A stretch of DNA of 64,000 nt. Origin: an uncultured marine group III euryarchaeote. Its GTDB lineage: Archaea; Thermoplasmatota; Poseidoniia; MGIII; CG-Epi1. A program made the position numbers and the translations under genes. This document shows positions 1 through 9,854 of the stretch, piece after piece. Under the pieces are notes generated by a model. That model was not told the origin of the DNA. It saw nothing but the letters and a program-made list of their open reading frames with translations, and did not search any database. Numbering within the stretch: the first letter of the stretch is position 1; the number at the start of each line of letters is the position of its first letter. Location of the stretch: positions 2,505 through 66,504 of the forward strand of contig CACAGG010000001.1 in assembly GCA_902531985.1 (NCBI GenBank), given 5' to 3'.

Positions 1-429
1 CAAAAATGAAACCAAACCTACTACAAGAAGTAAAAGGGCTCCAAGTGAATCAATGTAAGTTCCAAATTCAAAAGCATATGTTTGCCCGCTGAACCAAACC
101 CTGCTTGATTCCTCAAAGCCTCCGTGCAATGAATTTGTTATGAGCACTTCATATGCTACTGATAAAGAAAAGACAGAAGAAAGACCAACTCCAACTAGTG
201 CTATAGAACCGCCTCTTCTAGGATCATAATGACCAAACAATAAAATAAACAAAAAAGCTACAATAGGAAAAACTGGAATCATCCATGCAACGCTTACAAA
301 AGACTTTGAGAAACCTTCCGTAAAAACAAAAAGTGTCAAGATTGCAGCTCCTATGTGTAGAGAAAAACCATGGAAAAATTCGTGAATGATAAAGTTATAT
401 TTCTTAACATCCGAAATTGTTTCAGACAC
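1..429 (-). CDS. nuoL: NADH-quinone oxidoreductase subunit L (antiporter-like), N-terminal part; C-terminus lies beyond window start
   Basis: Minus-strand frame is open from the window edge. Hand translation gives ...MIPVFPIVAFLFILLFGHYDPRRGGSIALVGVGLS...SRVWFSGQTYAFEFGTYIDSLGALF, which matches the NuoL N-terminus (E. coli ...WTWMSVGDFNIGFNLVLDGLSL). It lies immediately downstream of nuoK in the operon. The start is ambiguous: ATG at 282 or GTG at 429 abutting the nuoK stop. Confidence 0.7.
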   Translation of the reverse strand, partial: MSETISDVKKYNFIIHEFFHGFSLHIGAAILTLFVFTEGFSKSFVSVAWMIPVFPIVAFLFILLFGHYDPRRGGSIALVGVGLSSVFSLSVAYEVLITNSLHGGFEESSRVWFSGQTYAFEFGTYIDSLGALLLLVVGLVSFL

Positions 430-430
430 G

Positions 431-733
431 CTACCACCTCAACCTATTCAACAAGTCTAATTCTATTGTGTCCCTTTGCTCAAACAAACTCAATAATATT
501 GCTAAGCCTATTGCAACTTCTGCCGCAGCAATTGCAGTCACAAACAAAGCTACTACTTGGCCAGACAGATCATGATAATAACTTGAGAAACCTATAAAAT
601 TTATATTTGCAGCAGTAAGCATTATTTCTACTGACATTAAGACAACTATTGCATTTTTATTTTTGATGACACCGTAGGCACCTATCATCAATAAAACAGA
701 AGAGAAAATCAAGTAATTTATAGGATCAATCAT
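431..733 (-). CDS. nuoK: NADH-quinone oxidoreductase subunit K
   Basis: 100 aa with 3 TM. Conserved NuoK motif ...ALFVTAIAAAEVAIGLAILL. Position in the nuo operon. Confidence 0.9.
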   Translation of the reverse strand: MIDPINYLIFSSVLLMIGAYGVIKNKNAIVVLMSVEIMLTAANINFIGFSSYYHDLSGQVVALFVTAIAAAEVAIGLAILLSLFEQRDTIELDLLNRLRW

Positions 734-1517
734 CTCTTTCCTCTCTAGCTAAGAATACTCCAGCCTGTAAAGCAATAACCATCATAACTCCCAACAACAA
801 GAAAGGAACTTCCCAATTATTAAATACTTCAAATGCTAAAAATTTGGTAGTGTCTATGTTTAACTCTCGAAGTGGTGAAGCAACAGAACTGTATCCCTTT
901 GAGTCCTGTGCATATACGGACCAAGAATAAGTTCTTCCGTTTGTAAAATCTGAATAGGTATATTCCGTACCATCTATTTGATTTTCTTCGTGGACTATTG
1001 CAAGATTTAAATTACCATCTGATTCAGAGTGAAGTTTAATTTCAATGACATAAGAAACCGTCACTTCAGACCATAAAATAGTCAACTTCTCTCCGGACTC
1101 TTTCACAACATCAATTAATTCCGATTTCAAAATCGGATATGTATCAAATGTAGATCCTGAGATTCCAGTGTAATATACTCGCACAAAATAAGTACCAATT
1201 GGCAATCTGCCAGTAGTTGCACTATTGCTGTTAGTAAAATTACCATCAAATACTAATTCGTTTGTATCATCATCTGTAACGCTTACCCTATAATTTACAG
1301 AAACCGGATCCCAATCAAAGGTGATAGAATTTGTGTAGTGATAATAACCATCTTCAGGGAAATTAGCTATAGGTGGACAGCCCGTTTTGCAAGTATCTGG
1401 TGCTGAATCAACTACCTTAAGATTTTCCCAAGACACTGCTGAAATTGAAACCACTATGTAAATCGAAAATGTTATCACTAAAGCATCACGAAACCAAATT
1501 ACAGAACGATTAGACAT
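726..1517 (-). CDS. nuoJ: NADH-quinone oxidoreductase subunit J, C-terminal piece (TM4-TM5) carrying a ~190-aa extracytoplasmic beta-rich insertion
   Basis: The N-terminal TM (VIWFRDALVITFSIYIVVSISAV) aligns to NuoJ TM4. The C-terminal ...WEVPFLLLGVMMVIALQAGVFLAREERDD aligns to the E. coli NuoJ end (...AVELASMLLLAGLVVAFHVGREER). Between them lies a ~190-aa Thr/Ser/Tyr-rich domain with N-x-S/T sequons. The start overlaps the upstream nuoJ piece by 8 nt. Confidence 0.6.
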   Translation of the reverse strand: MSNRSVIWFRDALVITFSIYIVVSISAVSWENLKVVDSAPDTCKTGCPPIANFPEDGYYHYTNSITFDWDPVSVNYRVSVTDDDTNELVFDGNFTNSNSATTGRLPIGTYFVRVYYTGISGSTFDTYPILKSELIDVVKESGEKLTILWSEVTVSYVIEIKLHSESDGNLNLAIVHEENQIDGTEYTYSDFTNGRTYSWSVYAQDSKGYSSVASPLRELNIDTTKFLAFEVFNNWEVPFLLLGVMMVIALQAGVFLAREERDD

Positions 1518-1773
1518 CCTCGCCTCCTTTGAGAGTCCTCTTAGTCAACATAATTCCAAAGATGATTACTACTGAAATAGCTCCCACATATACTAAAACT
1601 TGAATTACTGCTAAGAACTCAGCTTCGGCAAGAATAAATATACCTGCTGTAAGAAGAAATACAGTAGATAACCAAACTACAGAATGGACAATGTCATTAC
1701 CGTTAACAACAGCCCAGGCTGCAGCTAAAATTAAACCGGCTAATATCCAAAAAAAAAGTAAATCTAAAGCCAC
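1510..1773 (-). CDS. nuoJ: NADH-quinone oxidoreductase subunit J, N-terminal piece (TM1-TM3)
   Basis: 87 aa. ...NDIVHSVVWLSTVFLLTAGIFILAEAEFLAVIQVLVYVGAISVVIIFGIML matches E. coli NuoJ ...NPVHALLYLIISLL..GALEIIVYAGAIMVLFVFVVMM. A split nuoJ (J1/J2) is known in archaeal Fpo/Nuo operons. Confidence 0.8.
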   Translation of the reverse strand: MALDLLFFWILAGLILAAAWAVVNGNDIVHSVVWLSTVFLLTAGIFILAEAEFLAVIQVLVYVGAISVVIIFGIMLTKRTLKGGEDV

Positions 1774-1777
1774 AATA

Positions 1778-2554
1778 TCACGCTTCGGTAACTTCCCCTT
1801 CTTCAGTTAAACCGCTAGAACTGGAGTTACTGATTGGCTCCATGTGCAAACAATCTGCTGGACAAACTTTAACACAAGTTGAACAACCAATACAGATAGT
1901 ATAATCGAAATATGGATTCTCTACATTACGAACTGTACCATTCTTCAATTCTTTATTAATCACACCTTCATCCATTATTATACAATTAGTAGGACAATTA
2001 TCTACACATTTACTACATCCTATACACGTTTCAGAATTCAAGATAGGTGATTCCATCATATAATTTGTAAGAGGTAATTGTGGAAGCTCGGGTAAATCAA
2101 CCTTCATAGATCTTGCAGGATAAATTAAGCCTTCACGTGAAGTATCTGCTAGCTCATAAAAATCGGTCATGGTCATTGCACCAGTAGGGCAATAATCTTC
2201 ACAAAATCCACAAAACATACAATGCCCAAAATTAATTGCAGGCCTTTCCGCTTTACTTTTTCTCTTAGCTACGTGAGAACCATACCAAGCCCTATCTTGC
2301 TCTTCATCTGACAACTCTGTAGGCTTCATCTTTAGACATTTGTTAGGACAAACTTCACCACAAATGCCGCATCCTATACACAAATCCCAAATAACTGCAT
2401 TCATTCCTCTGTATGTAGGGGGTGGTGCCCTTTTTTCGAGAGGATACATCACCGTTGTTGGCTTACCAAACGTGGATTTGAAAAATTGTTTTAATGTAAC
2501 TTTCATTGGATTAACAATAATATCCATAATACCAATATCTCTGTCACTGCTCAT
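1778..2554 (-). CDS. nuoI: NADH-quinone oxidoreductase subunit I with additional 2x[4Fe-4S] ferredoxin domain
   Basis: Four CxxCxxCxxxCP motifs (CIGCGICGEVCP, CMFCGFCEDYCP, CIGCSKCVDNCP, CIGCSTCVKVCP). 258 aa versus ~180 aa for canonical NuoI. Operon position between nuoH and nuoJ. Confidence 0.85.
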   Translation of the reverse strand: MSSDRDIGIMDIIVNPMKVTLKQFFKSTFGKPTTVMYPLEKRAPPPTYRGMNAVIWDLCIGCGICGEVCPNKCLKMKPTELSDEEQDRAWYGSHVAKRKSKAERPAINFGHCMFCGFCEDYCPTGAMTMTDFYELADTSREGLIYPARSMKVDLPELPQLPLTNYMMESPILNSETCIGCSKCVDNCPTNCIIMDEGVINKELKNGTVRNVENPYFDYTICIGCSTCVKVCPADCLHMEPISNSSSSGLTEEGEVTEA

Positions 2555-2555
2555 C

Positions 2556-3809
2556 TTAGAAAACCTCCGGAAGATTAACTATATCTGAAAAGTAAGGATA
2601 AATTTCAACCATAAATATAACAATCAAAATATTTATCAACGATAGAGGCAAGAGCTTTTTCCATCCAAGCTCTAAGATTTGATCGGTCCTAATTCTAGGG
2701 ACTGTCCATCTTATAAATATCCAAAAAATTAAGATTAGATAAACTTTGCTTAAAAACCATATTTCAGGGGGAATTGGCCAAGGACCTGCCCAGCCACCTA
2801 GGAAAAGGATTGTACAAACTGCAGCACCTGCAAAACCTCTAATATATTCTGCAGCCAAAAAGAGCATGTACCTTATTCCACTATACTCTGTAGTCCACCC
2901 CTCAACAAGCTCGGCCTCCGCTTCAGGAAGATCAAAAGGAACTCTTTCAACTTCAGCAAGAATACAAATCATAAAAACTATGAACCCCAAAAACTGTGGA
3001 ATGAAATTCCACATTGGTAGACCAAACAGCCAAGTACCTTCCTGCTGCTGCTCCACAATGGTAACTGGATCAAAAGAACCTGCCAAAAGAAAAACTCCAG
3101 CCATACTAAGAAGTAAAGGAATTTCGTAAGACATAAGCTGCGCCGCAGATCTCATACCACCAATCATTGAATATTTATTGTTTGAAGCCCAACCAGATGT
3201 TAGAACACCTATTGGAGCTATAGAAAAAGCCGCCATTATAACCATAAGACCTGCTGGAGCTGAAGAAGCTGCAAACCTATCAGACAAAGGAAATAAAACT
3301 AGTAAAAACACAGAAGATGAAATAAAAATAATAGGACCCATTGTGAATAAAAATTTATCTGCTTTAGCAGGGACAATCAGTTCTTTAGTAATAGCTTTAA
3401 TCCCATCAGCCATATTTTGTAAAATACCAATTCCCGAGTAATTATCTTTAAATCTCCAACTAGGCGCTTCGCCTGCAAGATCTTCACCTAATTCTCTAAA
3501 AGATCTAAAGGAAAGCATTGGTCCTCTTCTATCTTGTATTCTAGCTGCTATTTTTCTCTCTAAATGAATTACAAGAATAAGATTAGTCATGCCTATTGCA
3601 AACGCAATATTAACTGCAAAAGTCCAAGCCAAAGTATCCAAACCTCCATCTGTACCCAACCAATCTGCGATTGTACCTGCTGGATGACTAAAAGGAGGGA
3701 ACAAATTTTTCTGAAAATCAAAAACTGGAATCAGCATGTAATTTGCTGTCCATTCGGCCATCCACCTACAGAAACTGAATAAACTCATTTGTCTGTTTCT
3801 CCGATACAA
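2556..3809 (-). CDS. nuoH: NADH-quinone oxidoreductase subunit H
   Basis: Polytopic membrane protein. Conserved ...HLERKIAARIQDRRGPM... NuoH/ND1 motif. Has an N-terminal extension relative to the bacterial NuoH. Confidence 0.9.
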   Translation of the reverse strand: MYRRNRQMSLFSFCRWMAEWTANYMLIPVFDFQKNLFPPFSHPAGTIADWLGTDGGLDTLAWTFAVNIAFAIGMTNLILVIHLERKIAARIQDRRGPMLSFRSFRELGEDLAGEAPSWRFKDNYSGIGILQNMADGIKAITKELIVPAKADKFLFTMGPIIFISSSVFLLVLFPLSDRFAASSAPAGLMVIMAAFSIAPIGVLTSGWASNNKYSMIGGMRSAAQLMSYEIPLLLSMAGVFLLAGSFDPVTIVEQQQEGTWLFGLPMWNFIPQFLGFIVFMICILAEVERVPFDLPEAEAELVEGWTTEYSGIRYMLFLAAEYIRGFAGAAVCTILFLGGWAGPWPIPPEIWFLSKVYLILIFWIFIRWTVPRIRTDQILELGWKKLLPLSLINILIVIFMVEIYPYFSDIVNLPEVF

Positions 3810-4885
3810 ATATCAATACTTCCCATTATCGAGGGAATGTCTGCTACTTTGTACCCCTTTAGATAATGAGGGCATGCCGATATTGTTGTAAACATAGGAC
3901 TTTTAATTTTCCAACGATAAGGCCTATCGCTTCCGTCACCAACCAGATACATCAAAGCTTCCCCCCTTGAATCTTCTGTGCGTCTAAACGCATCGCCTGA
4001 AGCACGTATAGGAACCTTAGAAGCCATTGTAGGTCCTGCAGGCATTTTCTTGAAACATTCCCTAATAATTTTAACTGATTCTTTCATCTCATCAATTCTT
4101 ACCATGTATCTGCTAAAACAATCACCGTAGCCGGGACCTGCTTCCCTAGTCTGAATCTCCCAATCTATTTCATCATATATTTCATAACTATCCTGCTTAC
4201 GCAAATCAAATTTAGTACCACACCCTCTAAGATTGGGGCCAGTAATTCCCAGATTCATTGCTTGTGATGCGGTAAAATTACCTACATCCTCTGTACGCAT
4301 TCTAAATATTTTTGAATTCTCAAATAAATCTGCGTACTCATCTAAACGTTGCTCGAACAATTTTAAAATTCTTTCTGTTTTTTCTTCAAATCCGTCCGGT
4401 AAATCTCTCTTAACACCACCAATTCGGATGTAATTGTACAAAAGACGACTTCCACTAGGGAGTTCCAAAAGATTCAGGAATAATTCTCTATCTCTCCAAA
4501 AATACAATGCACCAGTAATATGACCTAAATCAGGCATGTATGCTCCAGCCCACATCAAGTGTGAAGCCAAACGCTGTAATTCCAACATTATTGTTCGAAT
4601 ATACTGTGCTCTTTGCGGAACTTCTACCCCCATTAATTCTTCCACTGAGAGTGCATAACAATGAGTCCAAGTTGTAGAACTAGCGTAACACAATCTATCA
4701 GTTAAGGTTGTGTTCATGAAATACTTGCGCCTTTCTCCCATTTTCTCTACAGACCTGTGGAGATAACCTAACTCTGGATCTGCATCAACTATAGTTTCAC
4801 CATCAACCTTTACCTTCAAAGTCCAGAGACCATGGGTCATAGGATGCTGCGGACCCATACTAATCCACATCTCAGCCATTACCAC
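3785..4885 (-). CDS. nuoD: NADH-quinone oxidoreductase subunit D (49 kDa)
   Basis: [15 protein letters not shown]-terminus and [NiFe]-hydrogenase large-subunit-like fold signature. Operon position. Confidence 0.9.
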   Translation of the reverse strand: MVMAEMWISMGPQHPMTHGLWTLKVKVDGETIVDADPELGYLHRSVEKMGERRKYFMNTTLTDRLCYASSTTWTHCYALSVEELMGVEVPQRAQYIRTIMLELQRLASHLMWAGAYMPDLGHITGALYFWRDRELFLNLLELPSGSRLLYNYIRIGGVKRDLPDGFEEKTERILKLFEQRLDEYADLFENSKIFRMRTEDVGNFTASQAMNLGITGPNLRGCGTKFDLRKQDSYEIYDEIDWEIQTREAGPGYGDCFSRYMVRIDEMKESVKIIRECFKKMPAGPTMASKVPIRASGDAFRRTEDSRGEALMYLVGDGSDRPYRWKIKSPMFTTISACPHYLKGYKVADIPSIMGSIDICIGETDK

Positions 4886-5358
4886 TCCTCCTCGTGTATT
4901 TCATACACGTAATCTTTCCTCAAAGGATGGCCTGCAAATCCCTCTGGAAGAAGAACTCTTCTTAAATCTGGATGACCCAAAAAATAGATACCCATCAAAT
5001 CATAAGCTTCTCTTTCATGCCAATTAGCACCGAACCAAAGATCAGATACTGATTCGATAGTAGGAGTATCTCGTTCCAAAAAAATATGAATTTCAATCAT
5101 CACAGTCTTAGGGCTATCTTTGATGAAAATCGAACCTTCTATTACTGAAAAATGATAAACCAATTCAAATTGAGGCTGATTATCTATCGCACTAATCAAT
5201 GAACAATGTTCAAAGCCATAGTCTTCTTTAAGTGAGATAAAAAAATCTTTAGAATCTTCTTTGCCTAAATCCAATTTTACTACGTTATCCCTAATCAGCG
5301 CGACATCAGAAACACCTTTATGCGATGAAAGTTTCTTCATGAATTTAGTTATTTCCAT
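4879..5358 (-). CDS. nuoC: NADH-quinone oxidoreductase subunit C (30 kDa)
   Basis: 159 aa; ...[20 protein letters not shown]... is a conserved NuoC motif. Confidence 0.85.
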   Translation of the reverse strand: MEITKFMKKLSSHKGVSDVALIRDNVVKLDLGKEDSKDFFISLKEDYGFEHCSLISAIDNQPQFELVYHFSVIEGSIFIKDSPKTVMIEIHIFLERDTPTIESVSDLWFGANWHEREAYDLMGIYFLGHPDLRRVLLPEGFAGHPLRKDYVYEIHEEEW

Positions 5359-5360
5359 AT

Positions 5361-6008
5361 TTATCTCCTTAGGAATAAACCAGGTTCTTTTTCTCTAATT
5401 TTTTTCTGTAGAGTAAGGAAACCGTGCATCAAAGCTTCCGGCCTCACTGGGCAGCCAGGGATGTAAACATCGACTGGCATGAAGGTATCAGCACCTGCAA
5501 CTACAGAATAAGAATCCCAATAAGGACCACCAGAAATGGCACACTCCCCCATGGCTACAACCCATTTAGGTTCAGGCATCTGCTCATAAAGCGTCTTAAG
5601 TTTAGGTCTCAACTTTTCACAAACCGGCCCGTTAACTATCAAAACATCACACTGTCTTGGTGAAGAACGATAAACTAAGCCAAGCCTATCTATGTCGTGA
5701 TCAGGAGCTGAAGCTTGCCCCATTTCAATTGCACAACACATAATTCCAAAGTGCAAAGGGTGTGGAGAAAATCGCTGGGCATAGTTGAATATCGGCCTTG
5801 TGACTCTGTCAACAACTTCTCTCATCCCTGTGGCTTCAGCTGCATTATAAACTGCATTATCAATCCACTTTAGAAACTGATCAGAGCGTAGCGCAAGCCA
5901 ATCGCCTGCTGGAGGATCTTCCATTATTTTTTCCGAATCTGTCGTTTTTGAACCAAGACCTCTTCTAAGACTTGGATTACCGCCTATGCGTTTAGAACTC
6001 ATATCCAA
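5361..6008 (-). CDS. nuoB: NADH-quinone oxidoreductase subunit B (20 kDa, N2 cluster)
   Basis: [11 protein letters not shown] and IPGCPVRPE Cys motifs for cluster N2. Has an N-terminal ~60-aa extension. Confidence 0.9.
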   Translation of the reverse strand: MDMSSKRIGGNPSLRRGLGSKTTDSEKIMEDPPAGDWLALRSDQFLKWIDNAVYNAAEATGMREVVDRVTRPIFNYAQRFSPHPLHFGIMCCAIEMGQASAPDHDIDRLGLVYRSSPRQCDVLIVNGPVCEKLRPKLKTLYEQMPEPKWVVAMGECAISGGPYWDSYSVVAGADTFMPVDVYIPGCPVRPEALMHGFLTLQKKIREKEPGLFLRR

Positions 6009-6358
6009 ATCACGTCCTCTTTTTTAAACGCATACCATAAACCTAACAGAGTTAATAGAAGAAATAATAGCATAACCACCTTTGCTGCGACATCTAAATC
6101 TAGGTAAACTTGAACCCAAAGAATAAGAAAAACCACGACTAAATCAAAAACAACGAAAAGAATCGCGAACATATAGTATTGGAAATGGAACTGAATGTGT
6201 GCCTCACCAACAGGAACCTCGCCACATTCATAAGTTGAATTTTTTAGAGGATTATCATTATGAGGTCTAAAGAACCTACCGGCGAAAAATGTTAACACAG
6301 GAAATGATAACGCAATAAGCGCAAAAATCCCTATAGGAATATACTCGTGTCCCAGCAC
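5999..6358 (-). CDS. nuoA: NADH-quinone oxidoreductase subunit A
   Basis: 119 aa with 3 TM. ...YECGEVPVGEAHIQFHFQYY... is a NuoA/ND3 motif. First gene of the operon. Confidence 0.85.
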   Translation of the reverse strand: MLGHEYIPIGIFALIALSFPVLTFFAGRFFRPHNDNPLKNSTYECGEVPVGEAHIQFHFQYYMFAILFVVFDLVVVFLILWVQVYLDLDVAAKVVMLLFLLLTLLGLWYAFKKEDVIWI

Positions 6359-6472
6359 ACATACCCTTCTGTAAAAGCCTATTAAAAGAGTTCGGGTTAA
6401 TGCCCAATAATTAACAAAAAAAAATATAGCAAATAATAACTACTCCACTCCAGTAGAAAAAGCAGGCGAGTC

Positions 6473-7282
6473 ATGGGTCAAAGCTACAAAAGGGTGACAA
6501 CAAATGTTCTTCAAGAAATGAAGATTAAACACGAAAAAATAAGTATGTTAACTGCATATGATTTCACTCTTGCAAAAATCGTAGATAATGCTGGCATAGA
6601 TGTAATACTTGTTGGAGATTCTGCTTCTAACGTAATGGCAGGATATGAAACTACTCTTCCGATAACTCTAGAAAACATGATTTACCATGCATCATCAGTA
6701 GTCAGGGCTGCAAAAAGATCTCTGGTTGTTGTGGATTTACCGTTCGGCACTTATCAAGGAGATTCAAGAAAAGCACTACGATCTTCAATAAAGATAATGA
6801 AAGAATCTGGCGCCCATGCTGTGAAACTGGAAGGAGGCTCTGAAATCATTGAGTCAGTCGAACGTATCTTAACTGCCGGAATACCTGTAATGGGACATCT
6901 AGGCCTTACTCCACAATCGATCTATAAATTCGGAACTTACACTGTCAGGGCGAAAGAAGAAGCTGAAGCTGAGAAGTTAATTGAAGACGCTAAATTATTG
7001 GAAAAATCGGGTTGTTTCTCAATAGTATTAGAAAAAATACCTGCCAATCTAGCCAAAAAAGTAGCTGAATCGGTGAATATACCTATAATAGGAATTGGTG
7101 CTGGAGCTGATGTTGACGGTCAGGTCTTAGTTTTGCATGACATGTTAGGAATGACTCATGAATTTAACCCAAGATTTTTAAGAAGATATCTTAATTTATT
7201 TGAAGACGCAACAGAGGCAATCAAGAAATATTCAGAAGATATCAAAAGTGGTAGCTTTCCTAGCAAGGAAGAAGAATATTGA
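6473..7282 (+). CDS. panB: 3-methyl-2-oxobutanoate hydroxymethyltransferase (ketopantoate hydroxymethyltransferase)
   Basis: ...KISMLTAYDFTLAKIVDNAGIDVILVGDSASNVMAGYETTLP... is a typical PanB core. Confidence 0.9.
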   Translation: MGQSYKRVTTNVLQEMKIKHEKISMLTAYDFTLAKIVDNAGIDVILVGDSASNVMAGYETTLPITLENMIYHASSVVRAAKRSLVVVDLPFGTYQGDSRKALRSSIKIMKESGAHAVKLEGGSEIIESVERILTAGIPVMGHLGLTPQSIYKFGTYTVRAKEEAEAEKLIEDAKLLEKSGCFSIVLEKIPANLAKKVAESVNIPIIGIGAGADVDGQVLVLHDMLGMTHEFNPRFLRRYLNLFEDATEAIKKYSEDIKSGSFPSKEEEY

Positions 7283-7316
7283 TACTCGTTTTTGAGTATC
7301 TACCCATTATCTTTTA

Positions 7317-7979
7317 ATGGACTATCATTGGAAAAACGTGAAGCCCTACATCATATTGAACTGTGCATCATCAGCAGATGGGAAAATTGCACTTCCAAAT
7401 AGGAAAAAAATAGAATTATCAAATACTGAAGATTTTGAGCGTGTCCACAATTTAAGAGCTAAATGTGACGCTATAATTGTGGGAATAAACACAGTAATAG
7501 AAGACAATCCAAATTTAACCGTAAATGAAAAATATGCTTCTGGGCCAAATCCAATAAGAATTATTTTAGATACAAATTACAGAACACCACAAAATTCTAA
7601 GATTTTGAACGGAGAAAGTGAAACTATAATTATCATTGGTGATAAAACCGTCGACAGAAAATTACCAAATGTTAAAACTTTTAGATGTGGAAAAGAAGAA
7701 ATTAATATAGAAAATTTGTTGCAATATTTAAATCAGTTAAACATCAATAATATATTAGTGGAAGGTGGAGAAACAGTAATTTGGTCCTTTCTTGAGAAAA
7801 AGCTCTTTAATGAGTTGAATATTTTCATTTCAAGCGTTATAGTCGGTGGAAAAGAAACACCGTCTATTGCAGGAGGTAAGGGATTTTTAGATCGAAAAAA
7901 GATTTTGAACTTGGAACTAAACAAATTCAAGCAAATAGGTGATGGGATATTGCTGACCTATTCTAAAAGCAACAATTAA
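7317..7979 (+). CDS. RibD C-terminal-domain reductase (2,5-diamino-6-ribosylamino-4(3H)-pyrimidinone 5'-phosphate reductase-like)
   Basis: ...YIILNCASSADGKIA... and ...AIIVGINTVIEDNPNLTV... resemble the DHFR-like RibD_C / archaeal ArfC family. Confidence 0.7.
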   Translation: MDYHWKNVKPYIILNCASSADGKIALPNRKKIELSNTEDFERVHNLRAKCDAIIVGINTVIEDNPNLTVNEKYASGPNPIRIILDTNYRTPQNSKILNGESETIIIIGDKTVDRKLPNVKTFRCGKEEINIENLLQYLNQLNINNILVEGGETVIWSFLEKKLFNELNIFISSVIVGGKETPSIAGGKGFLDRKKILNLELNKFKQIGDGILLTYSKSNN

Positions 7980-8003
7980 AATCAACACCCTAAGTAGCTA
8001 AAT

Positions 8004-8609
8004 ATGAAAGTTGGAGTAATGGCATCTGGAAGAGGCAGTAATTTTCAAGCCATAATTGACTCAATCGCAAGTGGTGAATCTCCTGATGTTGAAATTGCGC
8101 AATTGGTTGTTAACAAGTCTAATGCTTATGCCGTAAAAAGAGCTAAAAAAAACAAAATAAAATGTAATTATGTTGATTCTGCTGCAATTACAAGAGAAGA
8201 ATTCGATAAAGAAGTAATCAAAATTATGGAGGCCTCAGAAGTAGAAATTATTGTCTTGGCTGGCTTCATGAGAATTTTGAGCCCGTTATTTATTAAAAAA
8301 TATAAGAATAAAATTTTGAACATACACCCCTCTTTACTACCTTCATTCCCTGGAGCTAACGCCCACAAAGATGCTTTACAATATGGTGCAAAAATAAGTG
8401 GCTGTACCGTACATCTTGTTGATGAAAATATTGACTCGGGACCAATCATTATGCAAGCTAGTGTGGAAATTAATGAAAATGAATCTGAAGAATCCTTATC
8501 TAAAAAGATTTTATTTCACGAACATAAACTACTGCCTAAAGCTCTGCAACTGATGTGTTCAAATAAAATTAGTTTAGAAGGCCGTCAGGTCATAATAACT
8601 GCAGACTAA
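8004..8609 (+). CDS. purN: phosphoribosylglycinamide formyltransferase
   Basis: ...VLAGFMRIL... and ...NIHPSLLPSFPG... are formyltransferase motifs. 201 aa. Confidence 0.85.
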   Translation: MKVGVMASGRGSNFQAIIDSIASGESPDVEIAQLVVNKSNAYAVKRAKKNKIKCNYVDSAAITREEFDKEVIKIMEASEVEIIVLAGFMRILSPLFIKKYKNKILNIHPSLLPSFPGANAHKDALQYGAKISGCTVHLVDENIDSGPIIMQASVEINENESEESLSKKILFHEHKLLPKALQLMCSNKISLEGRQVIITAD

Positions 8610-8647
8610 TACTTTATATACACCATAATCTGGCCATCGACCTACGT

Positions 8648-9034
8648 TTGGACGTTCTAAAAATGGCTGTGAAACAAATCAACCGGAAGAGCAATTCAAC
8701 TTTAGTGAAAGCTATTACTGAATTAAAAGAGGCTTCTCGTAAAAATGAGGCACCTCTTTGGAGAAGCATAGCCAACCGATTAGAGGGGTCATCCAGAAAT
8801 TGGCCAAGCGTAAATGTAAGTAAATTGGAATACAATGTTGGCAAAAATGGAAAAGCTATAATTCCCGGAAAACTAATGGGAACTGGAATTATTACAAAGA
8901 AAATGACAGTTGCTGCTTATAGTTTTACAAATTCTGCAAAAGAAAAGATACAATCTGCAGGGGGGAAATGTCTGAGCTATAATGAAATGATTAAGGCAAC
9001 TCCAAAAGGGACTGGCGTGATGGTGATTGGATAA
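8648..9034 (+). CDS. rpl18e: 50S ribosomal protein L18e
   Basis: ...WPSVNVSKL...IIPGKLMGTG...VAAYSFTNSAKEKIQSAGGK... matches archaeal L18e. First gene of the conserved L18e-L13-S9-RpoN cluster. Confidence 0.85.
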   Translation: MDVLKMAVKQINRKSNSTLVKAITELKEASRKNEAPLWRSIANRLEGSSRNWPSVNVSKLEYNVGKNGKAIIPGKLMGTGIITKKMTVAAYSFTNSAKEKIQSAGGKCLSYNEMIKATPKGTGVMVIG

Positions 9035-9447
9035 TGAAAGTAATAGATGCAAGTGACTGCATAATGGGGCGCTTAGCAAGCTCTGTGGCAAAAACTTTGT
9101 TAAATGGTGAGGAAGTGCACATAGTTAATGCTGAAAATGCAGTTATCTCTGGATCAAAAGACATGGTATTTGGAGAATACATTTCAAAACGAAATTTGAA
9201 TCATCCGAGAAAAGGACCGTATTACCCTAGAATGCCACACATGATGCTGAAAAGAGCTGTAAGGGGCATGATTCCATATCAGAAACCAAGAGGCAGAGAA
9301 GCATTTAAGAAATTAAAAGTAGATGTAGGTACTCCTATTTCTCTGCAAAAAGAAAAGATTGAAACTGTTGAAAAAGCAAAAATGAATAACTCTACCAAAT
9401 ACATAAAATTAGGCGACATTTCTAAAAATCTAGGAGCGAAATTCTAA
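9034..9447 (+). CDS. rpl13: 50S ribosomal protein L13
   Basis: [34 protein letters not shown]... is a typical archaeal uL13 N-terminus. Start overlaps the rpl18e stop. Confidence 0.9.
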   Translation: MKVIDASDCIMGRLASSVAKTLLNGEEVHIVNAENAVISGSKDMVFGEYISKRNLNHPRKGPYYPRMPHMMLKRAVRGMIPYQKPRGREAFKKLKVDVGTPISLQKEKIETVEKAKMNNSTKYIKLGDISKNLGAKF

Positions 9448-9848
9448 TGGTCAAAGTAATACACACCAGTGGCAAAAGAAAAACTGCTATTGCAAGAGCT
9501 ACGTTTAGGAGCGGAAAAGGAAGAGTTAGAGTAAATAACAAACCTGTAGAATTTTACCAACCAGAATTGGCTAGATTAAAGATACAAGAACCATTGGAAC
9601 TTGCAGGGAAGCATTCAAATCGTGTTGACATTAACATCAGCGTCAGTGGAGGTGGAGTAATGGGCCAGGCTGAAGCATCTAGAACAGCTATTGCAAGAGG
9701 TATTGTCGAATGGTCTGGAGATGAAGATTTACAAAAATTATTTCAAAGCTACGACCGAGCTTTGTTAGTTAATGACACAAGACGTAAAGAGCCAAAGCAC
9801 CCTATGGGTCGTGGAGCTCGTAAGAAGAGGCAGAAATCATACAGGTGA
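9447..9848 (+). CDS. rps9: 30S ribosomal protein S9
   Basis: ...[10 protein letters not shown]...SGGG... uS9 motifs and a basic C-terminal tail. Start overlaps the rpl13 stop. Confidence 0.9.
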   Translation: MVKVIHTSGKRKTAIARATFRSGKGRVRVNNKPVEFYQPELARLKIQEPLELAGKHSNRVDINISVSGGGVMGQAEASRTAIARGIVEWSGDEDLQKLFQSYDRALLVNDTRRKEPKHPMGRGARKKRQKSYR

Positions 9849-9854
9849 AGAAAA

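Noticed and set aside
370-597. 75-aa + strand ORF overlapping the nuoK/nuoL region
   Set aside because: It lies antisense to well-supported nuoK and nuoL coding sequence and has a low-complexity translation with no motif. It is a spurious antisense ORF.
2340-3441. Several + strand ORFs (82-127 aa) inside nuoI/nuoH
   Set aside because: They are antisense to strongly supported complex I genes. Their translations are low-complexity and match nothing.
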